Source: Rhina ancylostomus (taxonomy: Eukaryota). Taken from it: 64,000 nt of DNA. The DNA is taken from the NCBI GenBank assembly GCA_030265395.1, contig JARFYF010000022.1, positions 30,646,561-30,710,560 of the forward strand. The letters run 5' to 3'. Of this stretch, positions 12,361 through 24,329 are shown piece after piece; positions within the stretch are counted from its first letter, which is position 1; every line of letters begins with the position of its first letter. The notes under the pieces are model-generated. The model searched no databases, was not told the origin of the DNA, and saw only the letters and a program-made list of their open reading frames with translations. A program made the position numbers and the translations under genes.

Positions 12361-14666
12361 GACTTCTTAAGATCTGCCCAAAGGAAGATATTAGTGTCCA
12401 GATCAAACTATTTCTGCTTCATTCTTAGCAAGCATAGATGAGCACTATAGTGCTAAGAATGGAGCAGATAAAGGTGCCCATGCTCAACGCATGTATTATG
12501 AATACATGTATCTAATGAAGTTGTCATTAGTAATGTTTAGTTTGGTAAAGAAACTGATGCAATTTTATTATAGTCAGCTAAAATTGTAATGATTTTTCCT
12601 GTACCATCTCTAGTTGAGGTTGGCAATGTTAATGCTAAGGGTATTTTGAACCTACAGGCTGAGGCTCACAATTTCATCTCCTACAAAATTCGCAGGAGAA
12701 TTTAATCTGATGATTCTGGGTCAGGTTTGAACATAAGCACAGGTATACCAACCTACTGTCCTCCACAAAAGTTCTTATTGATAATAAGTAATTGTGAGAC
12801 TTTTACTATGGTGGTCTGCTAGTGTCACAGACATTCACGCTCACCTCAGGCCAAAATAGTTGGTTATTCAGTTGATTCACGAAAAATAGAGTCAGACAGA
12901 GGAAGTGTTTTGAAAGTTATTTTACTTTTACTGGCTGCTTTCCCTGGCTGCTGCCATGACTCACTCCTCTCTATAATGTGCGCATTTCACATTGCGTTGC
13001 TAGACGCACACCCACTCCATGCATGTGTAATGATGTCTCATGTAGGAAAATGTACAGATGTTCTTGAATAATTGACTCCAGAACATTAGGCCCATTATTT
13101 TCGCATTTGCTAACTCATTGAAAACTTAGCTCATCAATATCCAACAAACTGCTTTCATGCATAATACTATGCAGCGGTTTGCAACAAAACCATTTCCCTT
13201 TGCTACAAATTCATTACCAATTCCACTTGTAGCTTCTTCACTTCTAATGTTCTTAATTGTTCTACAACCCTGAGCAGTTATTTTGTACCCAAGGTGGAAT
13301 ATTCATTGCATTTTAGTCACACAGGTTAACGTAAGTTAAAAAAAATCATTGTGCAAAACTTACTCTTGATTTCCTTGACCAATGAAGCTAGTTGGATTTT
13401 GCTGATTGGTTAATTTGCACATTCATTTCAGACAAACAAAATACTGGGATGAAAAGTTCATTTGGTATATGTTGTTTGTGTTGGGGGGGCGTGAATAGGC
13501 ATTTTGTGCATGTGAGTCTTTGTGTGGGGAAGAAGAGAGTTTAGATATTAAATTAAAAATTGGAACTTAAGTGATTTAAACAGAAGTCAGACAAAATTTT
13601 GAACCACTAAGAAATTAAGTTTCCTCTGATAGCATTCTGGTTAAGAGGTTCACATTAATTCCTTTGTGCATCATTTTAATACAATTATTAACCTACTTAT
13701 TTCTAAAATGCTTGAGAATTATGTTAAGTCTTGCACTTTCCACAAAACATGTTAACCTGTTCCCTACCAGAGGCAATTAATTCTAAAGGTTGCAGCATTG
13801 TATATTTAAAGGGCATCAAATTTGCAAGTCAATATGTATCTACAGATTGAAAGCTTCAGGGATATGGCGAAAGGACAATTAACATTTTGATTAAAATAGA
13901 TGGGCATCACAGGGCTTTTAGCTTATTCCTGCTAATTGCTGGAATGATGATCAGTGCTGAACATACTGAACAACAATGTAGCATTAGAAATATAGTATTA
14001 ACTTGAGTGAAGGTTTTGACCTACGATAATTTAAAAGGCAGCATATTATATCAGAACTACAAACAACAGTATTTGAATGTATATACCAAGGCAAGTCTTT
14101 TGCTGAGAACTGCAATGGACCTGCAGATGTACCCTCATCTGGACAATTCTGAAACAGAGGTCTTCCACACAGCAGAGCCCAAGTTGTGAGTCTTCTGCAT
14201 TGCTGGTTGAAGGAGTCTCAATGGAGCATTATTGGACAGCTCAAACCTCTGAAAATTTCCCACTAAACCCACACCAGATTAAACTAGAGCAAATGTCATG
14301 AGCCCCATGAAATTAATGGAAGAAATTGCTGGGACAAAAGTTAAGTAAAATTTTCGGGTCCTGAGTGATAATGAAAGTTTGTGAATGTCAAAGACCTTCA
14401 CATTCATTTTCAGTGGAAGGTTTAATGGCCAGCATCCAGATGACCAGAAAGACTGGAGAGGGACCTCACTGCTGTCAATAACATTTCTGTCATTGCAGCC
14501 AGTCACTTGTTTTGGGAGAGGTCCTGTGTTGTGCTGATATATTAGGAGAAAGGGTCCCGATGGAAGGCTGCAGCCTGGAACACACCAGAAAGAAAGTGTA
14601 GTCTAGATGACTGCTGACCTTGGATTAAAGAATCATCTACCCCTAGAAGCTTCTAATAAACCAAGC

Positions 14667-15199
14667 ATCAGAATCAGCTTTATTATCACTGTCATATGTT
14701 GTGAAATTTGTTGTTTTACAACAGAAGTACAGTGCAAAGACATGAAATTACTATATATTGCAAAATAAATAAATAAATGGAGCGAAATAAAAGTAATAAC
14801 GCAGTAGTGTTCATGGACCATTCAGAAATCTGATGGCGGAGGGGACGAAGCTGTTCCTAAATCATTGAGTGTGGGTCTTCAGGCTCCTGCACCACCTCCC
14901 TGAAGGTAGTAACGAGAAGAGGGCATGTCCTGGATGGTGAGAGTCCTTAGTGATGGATTCTATCCTCTTTGAGGCACCTCCTCTTGAAGATGTCCTTGGT
15001 GGGGAGGGTTGTGCCTGTGATGGAGCTGGCTGAGTCTACAACCCTCTGCAGCCTCTTGCAATCCTATGCATTGGAACCTCCATACCAGGCTGTGAAGCAA
15101 ACAGTCAGAATGCTCTTCACCGTACATCTATAGACATTTGCAAGAGTCTTTGGTGATGTACTAAATCTCCTCAAACTCTTAACGAAGTATAACTGCTGG
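14667..15199 (-). mobile_element. Rex1/Babar LINE 3' end (ORF C-terminus and 3' UTR)
   Basis: Minus strand reads QQLYFVKSLRRFSTSPKTLANVYRCTVKSILTVCFTAWYGGSNA*DCKRLQRVVDSASSITGTTLPT...HHPGHALFSLLPSGRWCRSLKTHTQ*FRNSFVPSAIRFLN and ends in a (TTCTGA)-type tail at 14667. Confidence 0.92.
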
Positions 15200-15396
15200 A
15201 GTGAGATGGATCGGCTGATTGAGTGGTGTCACAACAACAACCTTGCACTCAACATCAGCAGGACCAAGGATTTCAGGAAGGGGAGGTCGGGAGAACACAC
15301 ACCAGTCCTCATTGAGGAGTCAGCAGTGGAAAGGGTGAGCAGCTTCAAGTTCATGGCTGCCAACATCTCAGAGGATCTCTCCTGGGCCCAACCATA
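15198..15396 (+). mobile_element. Inverted 5' segment of the same Rex1/Babar LINE
   Basis: Plus strand reads SEMDRLIEWCHNNNLALNISRTKDFRKGRSGEHTPVLIEESAVERVSSFKFMAANISEDLSWAQ, the RT thumb region that normally lies directly upstream of QRLYF. Confidence 0.9.
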
Positions 15397-15408
15397 TATT
15401 CTGGATAA

Positions 15409-15640
15409 TGGAGACACAAGAGATTCTGCAGATGTTGGAATCTGGAGCAACATGCACAAAATGCTGGAGGAACTGAGCAGGTCAGGTGGCACCTATGGGG
15501 GGAAATAAACAGCTGACATTTCAGGTCGATACCCTTCATCAAAACCTGATGTAAGGTCTCGACCCAAAACATTGACTGGTTATTTCCCTCCATAGATGCT
15601 GTCTGAATTGTTGAGTTCCTCCAGCATTTTGTGCGTGTTG
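15409..15640. mobile_element. Penelope-like terminal-repeat palindrome, second subfamily (copy 3)
   Basis: Arms aaaatgctggaggaactgagcag...tttcaggtcgatacccttcatc and ctgatgtaaggtctcgacccaaaacattgactg...gagttcctccagcatttt. Both carry mutated hammerhead cores. ttctggataa occurs at 15399-15408 and 15641-15650. Confidence 0.85.
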
Positions 15641-15751
15641 TTCTGGATAAATGGGTTTCATCTGGGATCGCCCGTTGAAGAGGAACTTTGTAAAAACAAA
15701 ACACTCAGCAGGGCGGCTACCCAGATGGAAGGAGGAGTCTCTAGATATCTG

Positions 15752-16816
15752 TCTGGAGGATAGCTGAGGTTTTCCCTTTGTTCAAAATGGGATAGTAGGG
15801 ATAATACTGGAAACTGCAGGATGCTGAGTCAAACATCATTGGTAGGGAAGTTGTCGGAAAAGATTCTGAAGGACAGGATTTATGTTCATTTTGAAAGGCA
15901 GGGACTGATTAGGAGGAGTCAGTGGGGTTTTGTGTAGGGGACTTTATGTCTTACAAACTTGATTGAATTTTTTGAAGCAGTAAACAAGGAGACGGATGAA
16001 GGCAGGGCAGTAGATGTTGTCTATATGGACTTTAGTAAGGCTTTTGACAAGGTCATACAAGGTAGGTTGGTCCAGTAGATTAAGGCACAAAGGATCCAAG
16101 GGTAGAATAAATGGCAGGGAGTGTGATGTCTAGAGAGACATTGGGGTGCAAGTCCATAGCTCCCTGAAAGTGGCCACATGGGTGGATAGAGAGGTGAAAA
16201 AGGATTTTGGTACGCTTGCCTTCATAGGCAGAGGCATGGGTATAAAAGTTGGGATGTCATGTTGCAATTGTACAAAACATTGACTGGACCTCACTGAGAT
16301 TATTATGTACAGTTCTGCTTGCCACACTACAGGAAGGATGTGGTAATAACTGAGAGAGTGCAGAAGAGATTCACCAGGATGTTGCCTGGAATGGAGAGCT
16401 GTAGTTATAAGAGACAAGATAGGCTGAGTTTATTCTCACTGGAATGTCAGAGTCTGAGAGGTGACTTTATAGAGGTTTACAAAATTATGAGGGACATAGA
16501 TAGGATAGATCATGAGAGCCTTTTTCCCAGGGCAGGGTAGTCTAAAACTAGAGGACATGGGTTTAATAGGAGAAGGGAGAACTTTGAGAGGGAAGAGGGG
16601 TGGGTGTTCGTACAGAGAGTGGTGAATATTTGGAATGAGGAGGTTGTGGAGGCAGATGCAACTACAACACTTGGACAGATACTTGGATAAGAAAGGAGTT
16701 GAGGATATGGGCTTAATGCAGGCAAATGGGATTTGCATAAATAAGCCTCAGAATCAGCATGGATGAGATGGGCCGGAAGGGCCAGGATCCGTGCTGTACA
16801 TTTCTTTGATTCTATT
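15752..16816 (+). mobile_element. CR1 (HER1-like) LINE, 5'-truncated, with internal RT deletion
   Basis: WRIAEVFPLFK...LTNLIEFFEAV...AVDVVYMDFSKAFDKV...IQG joins at ~16100 to LGVQVHSSLKVA...LQLYKTL...PHYRKDV...ERVQKRFTRMLPG...LRGDFIEVYKIM...SKTRGH. The 3' tail is gggccggaagggcc...gtgctgtac...ttctatt. Confidence 0.95.
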
Positions 16817-18978
16817 CTTTTTTCTCATGGGCAAGGGGGCACCAAGGTGCAAACCACCCTGGGAGCAGAGGCAACAGGCTTGTGGAAACTATTATGAGAT
16901 TTAGATTGAATTGTTGAATTATGACACGGAGAAAAGTTTAGATTTTCTTGGTGTCCTAACCAACATCTACCTTTTACTGAGAGTAAATACTGCTTTGTCA
17001 GTTCTCTAATGTGATGCTATTCCATCTGTAGGTTGACTTCATTGAAGAGGCCCTCAGGCTTTAATGCTGAAATAATACCGTGCAAAGATTGGAATACTGA
17101 TTCAATAACAGCAGCTTTGATTTATATAATTGCAATGAATACTCTTTCAACTTAATTAAATGATTCCTCATGTTCTGGCTTGAGTTTGTTATCCAGATGT
17201 TAGTTCATTACTCAGACTGCAAAAGTATGTTTTTTTTTATAGTCATATAATACAAATTGGTTTCTTCCAGACACTGGGTGACCAAGTTTGGATTTGGTTG
17301 GTATTTAACTTCTGAATGTCTCTTTGCCCAAACTGTTCTATAAAAAATCCAGTAGTTCCTCCACTACAATCCAGTCCAGTCTTTTTTGATATTTTATTAT
17401 CAAAGGGGCGCTCAGAAATTGCAATGGAATGAGATTGCTCCTGACTAAACCCCCAGGCTTTGATGTAATAACTTTTTCTGTGTTACAAACCAACAGGAGT
17501 CATCCTAGCTGCCCCCAAAACAATCTGACTGACATCCATTTATCACCTCCTGTCCCCACTGGTACAGGTAAACTGTGATATTTACACCTATTCCTCCCTG
17601 ACTTGATCTTGGAATGTCATCTTCTCCAAAAGAGAAAATGTAATCAAAGCTAAGAATTTTTGATTAGGAAATGTAACAAAGCTGATTCTAATAATAGAAA
17701 CTTTAAACAAGAAATGGTTAAAATACAAAATAGATTTAACTGAAAACTCCTGAAAACTGCTAGAAGCTAATTAAAATATTTTTTCCTCAGCTTTCGTGTC
17801 TGTCACATCTTGGATATTTGGCAATATCAAAGGTACTATTGTTAGAATCAACAGTTCAAAATTTTACAATCTAAACACTCTCAGATTTGAATTAAGTCTC
17901 TCTTTTGAGTTGTTCGTATAATGAGGCCCAGGCTGATAAGAACAGTTATGAAACCCTGTATCTTACATCAGCATCCCAACATAAAGATGAGGAGTCAGAT
18001 GCAAAATACATCCTGAACCTCTCCAGAATCCTGTGCTGTGCCAATGGACTCAATGCTGGGTCCAGTGGTAGGCTGGGGCATCAGATCCGCCAAGCTGAAT
18101 AGCAAGTAGTGGAGGTACTAGCTATAGTTAGGTACAATCTGCTCCGTTGGCTTCATCTTCTGAAGGAGCCTTTATGTAAAAGCTATGGCATTGAATTTGC
18201 AGTGTGCAATTTAAGTGTAATAAAATAAATAAACAATATATAAAATAAAAGATACAAAAAGTATCCTCTGCCAAAATATTTGTAAATATTAAGGTATTAT
18301 TTATTAAATAAAGGATATTGTTCAATGATCAGAACCTTTTATTTATTTTAAGAAAGAGATTCTGAATTTTGCAGTTGACCCAATCACATATTACCCATCA
18401 TTCTGTTGTTCCACATTAACAACATTAAGTGTCATTTATCCTATGAGTGGTTTTCAATATGTAGCTTTACACCCACCAGAGTAATTTGGATAACTACTTT
18501 TTTACTGAAATTATTATTTATATAAATCTAAAAAAACATTTGGATTAAGTAACTGCTTAATCCTTTTAAATATGGATTTGGAACTGATTATATGGATACA
18601 GAATATTTGCAGATGACTCAGATGGATAATTATTGTAGATCCTTTTCTACAAGGATAATGGGGTTTAATTCAATATCCTTAATGTATGCAGAGATGAGAA
18701 CTGGTCATTTGCAACTCTGTGCTACCTGACATATCTGGTATTACAGTATTCAGCCAGTATGACTTGCTCTTTTCATTGGCTGTAATAACAATAGGGAGTC
18801 AATATTATAGGTGGTTAGCTCCAGATAAAACTGCTGCTAACGCTATCACTGATATGGTGCCCAGTGCGATTTACCCTACATGTGTGGTTGTGTGGTGGCC
18901 ATCCAGGAGATCGAAGGATGCTTGTAATGTCCAAAGAAAGGCAGTCTGAATTTCACACCAATCGTTTAATAATGCTCA

Positions 18979-19203
18979 AGTGAAAACAGTAAATGCTGGA
19001 AACACATAGGAGGTCAGGTAGCATTTGACAATCGGTTATTATTTCAGGTTTGATACTCTTTGTTGGAGGTCTGATGAAAGGTATTAGACCTGAAATATTA
19101 CCTGTTTCTCCTTCCACAGATCCTGCCTGACCTACTGAGATTTTCCATTTTTTTCTGCTTTCATATCATATTTCCAGCGTCTGCAGTTTTTGTTAATTTT
19201 TGC
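18979..19203. mobile_element. Penelope-like terminal-repeat palindrome with 13-bp TSD (copy 4)
   Basis: Arms aaatgctggaaacacataggaggtcaggtagcat / atcctgcctgacctactgagattttcca. Flanked by ttaataatgctca (18966-18978) and ttaataatgttca (19204-19216). Confidence 0.88.
19067..19103 (+). ncRNA. Minimal type-I hammerhead ribozyme motif (Penelope-type)
   Basis: AGGT-CTGATGA-A-AGGT-ATTAG-ACCT-GAAA-TAT-T-ACCT: stem I AGGT/ACCT, core CUGAUGA and GAAA, stem II AGGT/ACCT, palindromic loop-less stem III (ATAT), cleavage triplet AUU. Transcription and activity are not shown. Confidence 0.7.
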
Positions 19204-20949
19204 TTAATAATGTTCAGTCCTCATGTATCCACAAATCCATTGTCTTCACAATCCATGCATGTCCACATAAGATAAGCCACATTTTGTCATTCCCCTCCAT
19301 CATCAATAGTATACTATACCTTTTTTTCACTCTAAACCCAATTATGATCCATTGTTGAGGAAACCGCAACAATCTGAAAAAGTCCTTCAGCTTTTTTCAT
19401 GCTCCCTAGTTTTCTCCTGATTTTGTACTAATAATCATATTGGATCAGACAGCTCAGGTCGTAGCTCTCCAGCATTGTCCTACCAGCAGTTTTCTGGGTT
19501 GTAAGCTATTTTCATTGGAATGAAGGTCACGAGATTCCTCCATCAATAAAATCCTACATTTCCTCTTCTGCTCTCATGCAACTTTACTGATAAAAGTCTT
19601 GTTTCTTTGACAAGGAAAATTTCAGCCCTCAATTAGCTCTGCAAATAGCTGCATGTACCCGTATGCAAAAAAATTACTGCACCACCTCAGTTGGCTGGGA
19701 CCCAGTTATCTTTTACCTGGGGGATATGATGCTGAATGTCAATGTTCCTGCTTCTGAGCTTTCAGTGGAAACCAGTGTATGAACAATGGAGATGCACTAG
19801 AACAGACCAGATGTGGCTTCCCAACAGGTGTGAAAATAGAATTCATCCCAGGGGCACCATAATTTATTTCTCTGAGGTGGGGAGTTAGGTGGGCTCCCAG
19901 CCTGGTGGTTGCCTACGTGTATCTCTACTGGGACAGCTGCCCACAAATATCATTAACTAGCAAATCTTTGCCAGAACGACTGTGACCTTTGCCAGTGAGT
20001 CTGATCACAGCATTATGAAAGGGATTATGACCTGCAGATTTCAAATGCCATGTCTATTTTTAATTTTAAATTTTAGTTAGAAATTTTAACATGGAAAGCA
20101 TTCTGCATACTCTGGTGCTAATCTTAGCTCCACACTTGAAATACCCTTTTTTTCCATTTTCTTGCATCTTTGCAATACCATTTACTGTTGTTTCTCGGTG
20201 CCTTTTATTGAAACATTAAAGNNNNNNNNNNAAAGCAACTCTTCACATTCCAGGTAGCAAATCAAGGCATCTACTGGAAAATTAGGTGTTAATGTAAATT
20301 ATGCTGTAACTCGACATGACTCACATGACCTTAAACAAGTTATGACTCAGGCAGCTTTTATTTGGGTTTTCTGATATACTGATGTTGTCCTGAAAGATAT
20401 GTTTTTTTTCAAGAAACCAACACTTCTCTGAATTGCAAGCTTTCCCAGATGCCAGCCTTGGTGAACCCATATTTGCTCTGGGACTATGTGTGAGGAGCTA
20501 CAACACTAATAGGGCAAGAAACCAATTTTCATTTCTGCTGGTGGTAAAATGAAATAAAATGTTTGCTCTTGCTCACTAGTTGCATAAATTACATTGCAGG
20601 GAGTGAGAGGTCTAATAGATTTATTTTATAATTTCATTAAAGAGAAGGAAATGACAAATCTTGAAAATTAGATTTCTACAGAGTTCTATAATGAATAGCT
20701 AAAATCAGGTTTGAAAAGACCCTAATGTTTTGCAAATGATCAGGTTGTGGTCATCATTGTTGGATTCTACATGTCAATACTTGTTTCCTAAACATTGATA
20801 TAGACTCCTTCATTTAATGCTGTTGATGGCAAAACCATTTGGTGAGATCTTACACAGGAGATCTCATGTTCAACTTGAAAATGGAACCAATATATTAGCA
20901 ATCCTATATATTCCACAGCCACACCTTTGCCCTGAATCGAAAGCATTAT

Positions 20950-21125
20950 CTTGGCCAATGATGTTAATCCATCAGAAGATTGTACATTCCAATACAGGGC
21001 ATCAAATCCACACTGACATTTCAGTGTCGCATTTAGGGAATGACATGTGAGGTGTGAGATATGCTGCAATCTTGTTTTAAACCAATGGTGTCTGCCTGTT
21101 CCAGTACATGTCAAAGGCAAATGGG
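20950..21125 (+). mobile_element. Diverged DeuSINE (SacSINE1/AmnSINE-like) fragment
   Basis: tcagaagattgt...aaatccacactgacatttcagtg...agggaatg...ttaaacc...gtctgcctgttc resembles the Deu domain. Confidence 0.5.
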
Positions 21126-22859
21126 CTGCTAAGGAAAGGAAAATACCTTTTCCTTAACCAAAGCTGATTAACCTGTTACTTAGCCTTGTTGGATCTGGTT
21201 ATTCAGGAGTCCAGGAATGAGTTGAAAACAACTTGATGCTTCGCAAAGTTTTATTGGAAAAGTTTAAAACAAAGGAACAGTCACATAGCACATGGCACTA
21301 GCTTTGATGAGCCGAGACAAAGGGACCAGGCCAGGAGGGAGGAGAGCAAGAGAGNNNNNNNNNNNNNNNNNNNNNNNNNNNNNNNNNNNNNNNNNNNNNN
21401 NNNNNNNNNNNNNNNNNNNNNNNNNNNNNNNNNNNNNNNNNNNNNNNNNNNNNNTTTGGGACTTCAATGTATTTTTTCAGCTAGCTTCCAAGCATAAGGC
21501 AGCTGCTTAAGATGACTGTGCTGTGGCACACAATCCATTAATGATTCTCTTAATGGAGCAACTCCATGTGTTGCAGCAGCAGTCTCAGCAGCTCTTTAAC
21601 ACACAATGATCCGGACTTATTTTAAGCAGATTCAGTGTCAATGATTGGTGACATGCCCTTAAAAGATCAGGTGGGAGCTACCAGCCTAAGGTAACCAGTC
21701 AATTAAGGAGGCTGAACAAAGTGTACATTCAGACTTCTGCTGCAATTGGGCACAACAGGTGGTTCAGCAGAAAGCTTTCTAATGTGAGAAATACACTCAC
21801 ATTGTGCAATTCAGAAAGAATATTTTCTTTTTATAAGACTCAATGTATTGGTATATAACATATCATATTTGCATTTAATTTCTAGGAAATGGTGATAATT
21901 CTATTCATTTTCCATTTATCACTTTACTTTTCATCCCATAGCTCCTGAAAATACCCCAGAAGAGTCTTCCATAATCACAATCACCAACCTGTTCAAAATC
22001 GCCAACCCTTTTTTCCGCCAAGAGTCAGAATCAATAGCACAGATATTAGACAGATCTGCACTCTAATTTTTACATCTGATGCATGTTTGGAATCTTGACA
22101 GATCACACAATTGTGAGGATTTGGTGATGAGCAAACCAGTCAAATTGTTAGCCTGGTAACATTTTGTCCCAGCCATTGGTATCACAAATACCTAAAGCTT
22201 GAAAGTAGTGCACTGTGAACTAGTTGGAACATGGTCACTGCACAATTACCACTGGAGGAAACACTGGCCTTCTTAATGCTAAGAAATAAGATGAAATTCT
22301 GCTCTTGTATTTAGAATAAGAATGGAATTGAGGAGAAGCATTTTATCCAATCACTTTGGACAATATATTCTCTGTGATTTATTCAACTTTTTAATCACCC
22401 ATTTTCTTTCNNNNNNNNNNNNNNNNNNNNNNNNNNNNNNNNNNNNNNNNNNNNNNNNNNNNNNNNNNNNNNNNNNNNNNNNNNNNNNNNNNNNNNNNNN
22501 NNNNNNNNNNNNNNNNNNNNNNNNNNNNNNNNNNNNNNNNNNNNNNNNNNNNNNNNNNNNNNNNNNNNNNNNNNNNNNNNNNNNNNNNNNNNNNNNNNNN
22601 NNNNNNNNNNNNNNNNNNNNNNNNNNNNNNNNNNNNNNNNNNNNNNNNNNNNNNNNNNNNNNNNNNNNNNNNNNNNNNNNNNNNNNNNNNNNNNNNNNNN
22701 NNNNNNNNNNNNNNNNNNNNNNNNNNNNNNNNNNNNNNNNNNNNNNNNNNNNNNNNNNNNNNNNNNNNNNNNNNNTCTGATTAGTAAGACCAAATGGGTT
22801 AATAGGGGCAATTAAAGTAGCATTTAGATACACATTATGTTTCTTTAGCCTTGTAATGT

Positions 22860-23092
22860 GTTGCTACTAGCAAGGCTGTGGAATATGCCCATTTGGTCTC
22901 ACCCTATGAACAACATTCCCTTGCTTTACCCATCCCTTCGCCACTTATCTGCTACCTTTTCTTTCTCAGTTCTGACAAAGTGTCCTGGACCTGAAATGTT
23001 AACTGTTTCTCTTTCCACTATGCTACCAGACCTGCTGAATGTTTCCAGCATTTTTTTAATTTCAGATTTGCAGTATCTGCAGTTTTATTGAT
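22860..23092 (+). mobile_element. Penelope-like terminal repeat, single arm with decayed hammerhead (copy 5)
   Basis: cagtt-ctgacaa-agtgtcctggacct-gaaa-tgtt-aactg (perfect CAGTT/AACTG stem I), followed by cagacctgctgaatgtttccagca...tttcagatttgcagtatctgcag. Confidence 0.8.
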
Positions 23093-23099
23093 TTTCACC

Positions 23100-23270
23100 T
23101 AACTATCTGAGCCTTGAATAACTCACTGATTCAGCATCACTGCTCACAAGGATAGAGGATTCTAAAGATTCACATATCTCTAAGGGAATAAGTTCTTCCT
23201 CCTCTCAATATTAATATGACCAACCCTATGTTCTTTAGTTCTAGATTACCCCACCCAGAGAACCTGTCTC
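23100..23270 (-). mobile_element. CR1 3' fragment
   Basis: ctatctgagccttgaat...gaggattctaaagattcac...ttcttcctcctctc...tagttctagattcccc-like antisense CR1 3' sequence. Confidence 0.65.
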
Positions 23271-24329
23271 TGAAATGAACCATTAAATTATTTATTTGGG
23301 GATGAGCATCCTTGTGAGCAATACCATTATCCCTTGAATGAATTTAAAAAATCTAGGGTTGAGATCTGGCATACAATGATCAATAGCCATTTGGGTCATC
23401 TAGCAGGATGGAAGAGGCATAAACTGCAGAACCACTTAGGGAGCACCAGGGTTGTAGAGCGGTGTATTTGGGGTAGTTGATAGATCAAATAACTTTATGT
23501 TGCCAGCCTTGCATTTTATAACACTAGATATTCTAAAAGGAAGGAAAGACTGAGCAGATAAAGAATAAGAGTAGGAAAAACATCTGTCAAAAGTCGCCGT
23601 CTATGTAAGGAGCTACAATTTCAACACATTAAGGATGTAGTGAGAAAGAGACTGTTTACATATGCCTATTGTATTTTTAATACTGTTGCTATACTTTTCA
23701 AATAGTCTTACAATCTCCATGTATTGACGGGCATTGGGGATTGATAATTATGCACAGGTCATAAACCTAATTCATTAATATACTTTCAATGTTCATGACT
23801 TCTCATAACACATAGAATCCTTCAATTTAATCCACTTCATCAACTCCTTTTGAGAAATGGGTGGGGTCGTAGAGGAGGTAAGCCACATTTTTGTATTGAT
23901 GGTGATGATTTCTCATTTGCCTTGTAGAACTACAGTGGTTCCATACAATAATTACACTGTCTCTATTATCTCCAACTGTTATTTATAGAGGTGTCAGAAG
24001 AATGCTTGAGAAATTTCTATGATCCCAAAAGTTACATAAATAGTGCTAAGCTGATTCTGTGCAATCCAGATGATTGGGGTTGAGGAGTCAGGGAAGTGGT
24101 GATAATGATTTCTGGCAACAGTTTAAAATGGGTGATTGAAAACCTACACTCCATTTTATATGTCCAGCAATTTTTATTTCCACAACTCTCTCATCACCTA
24201 TCATTATGCAGTTTCTGCTGATATTTCTTATGGCGTGATCTGCATAAGGCAAACAGACATTAGGCTGAAATTTTATCTGTGATAACACATTTTCTGTCTG
24301 GCTTTTATAAATTTTATTCTGGGTCAATA

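Noticed and set aside
18720-18900. Possible RTE endonuclease remnant (ELTTYNID on minus)
   Set aside because: A single short motif without convincing neighbours.
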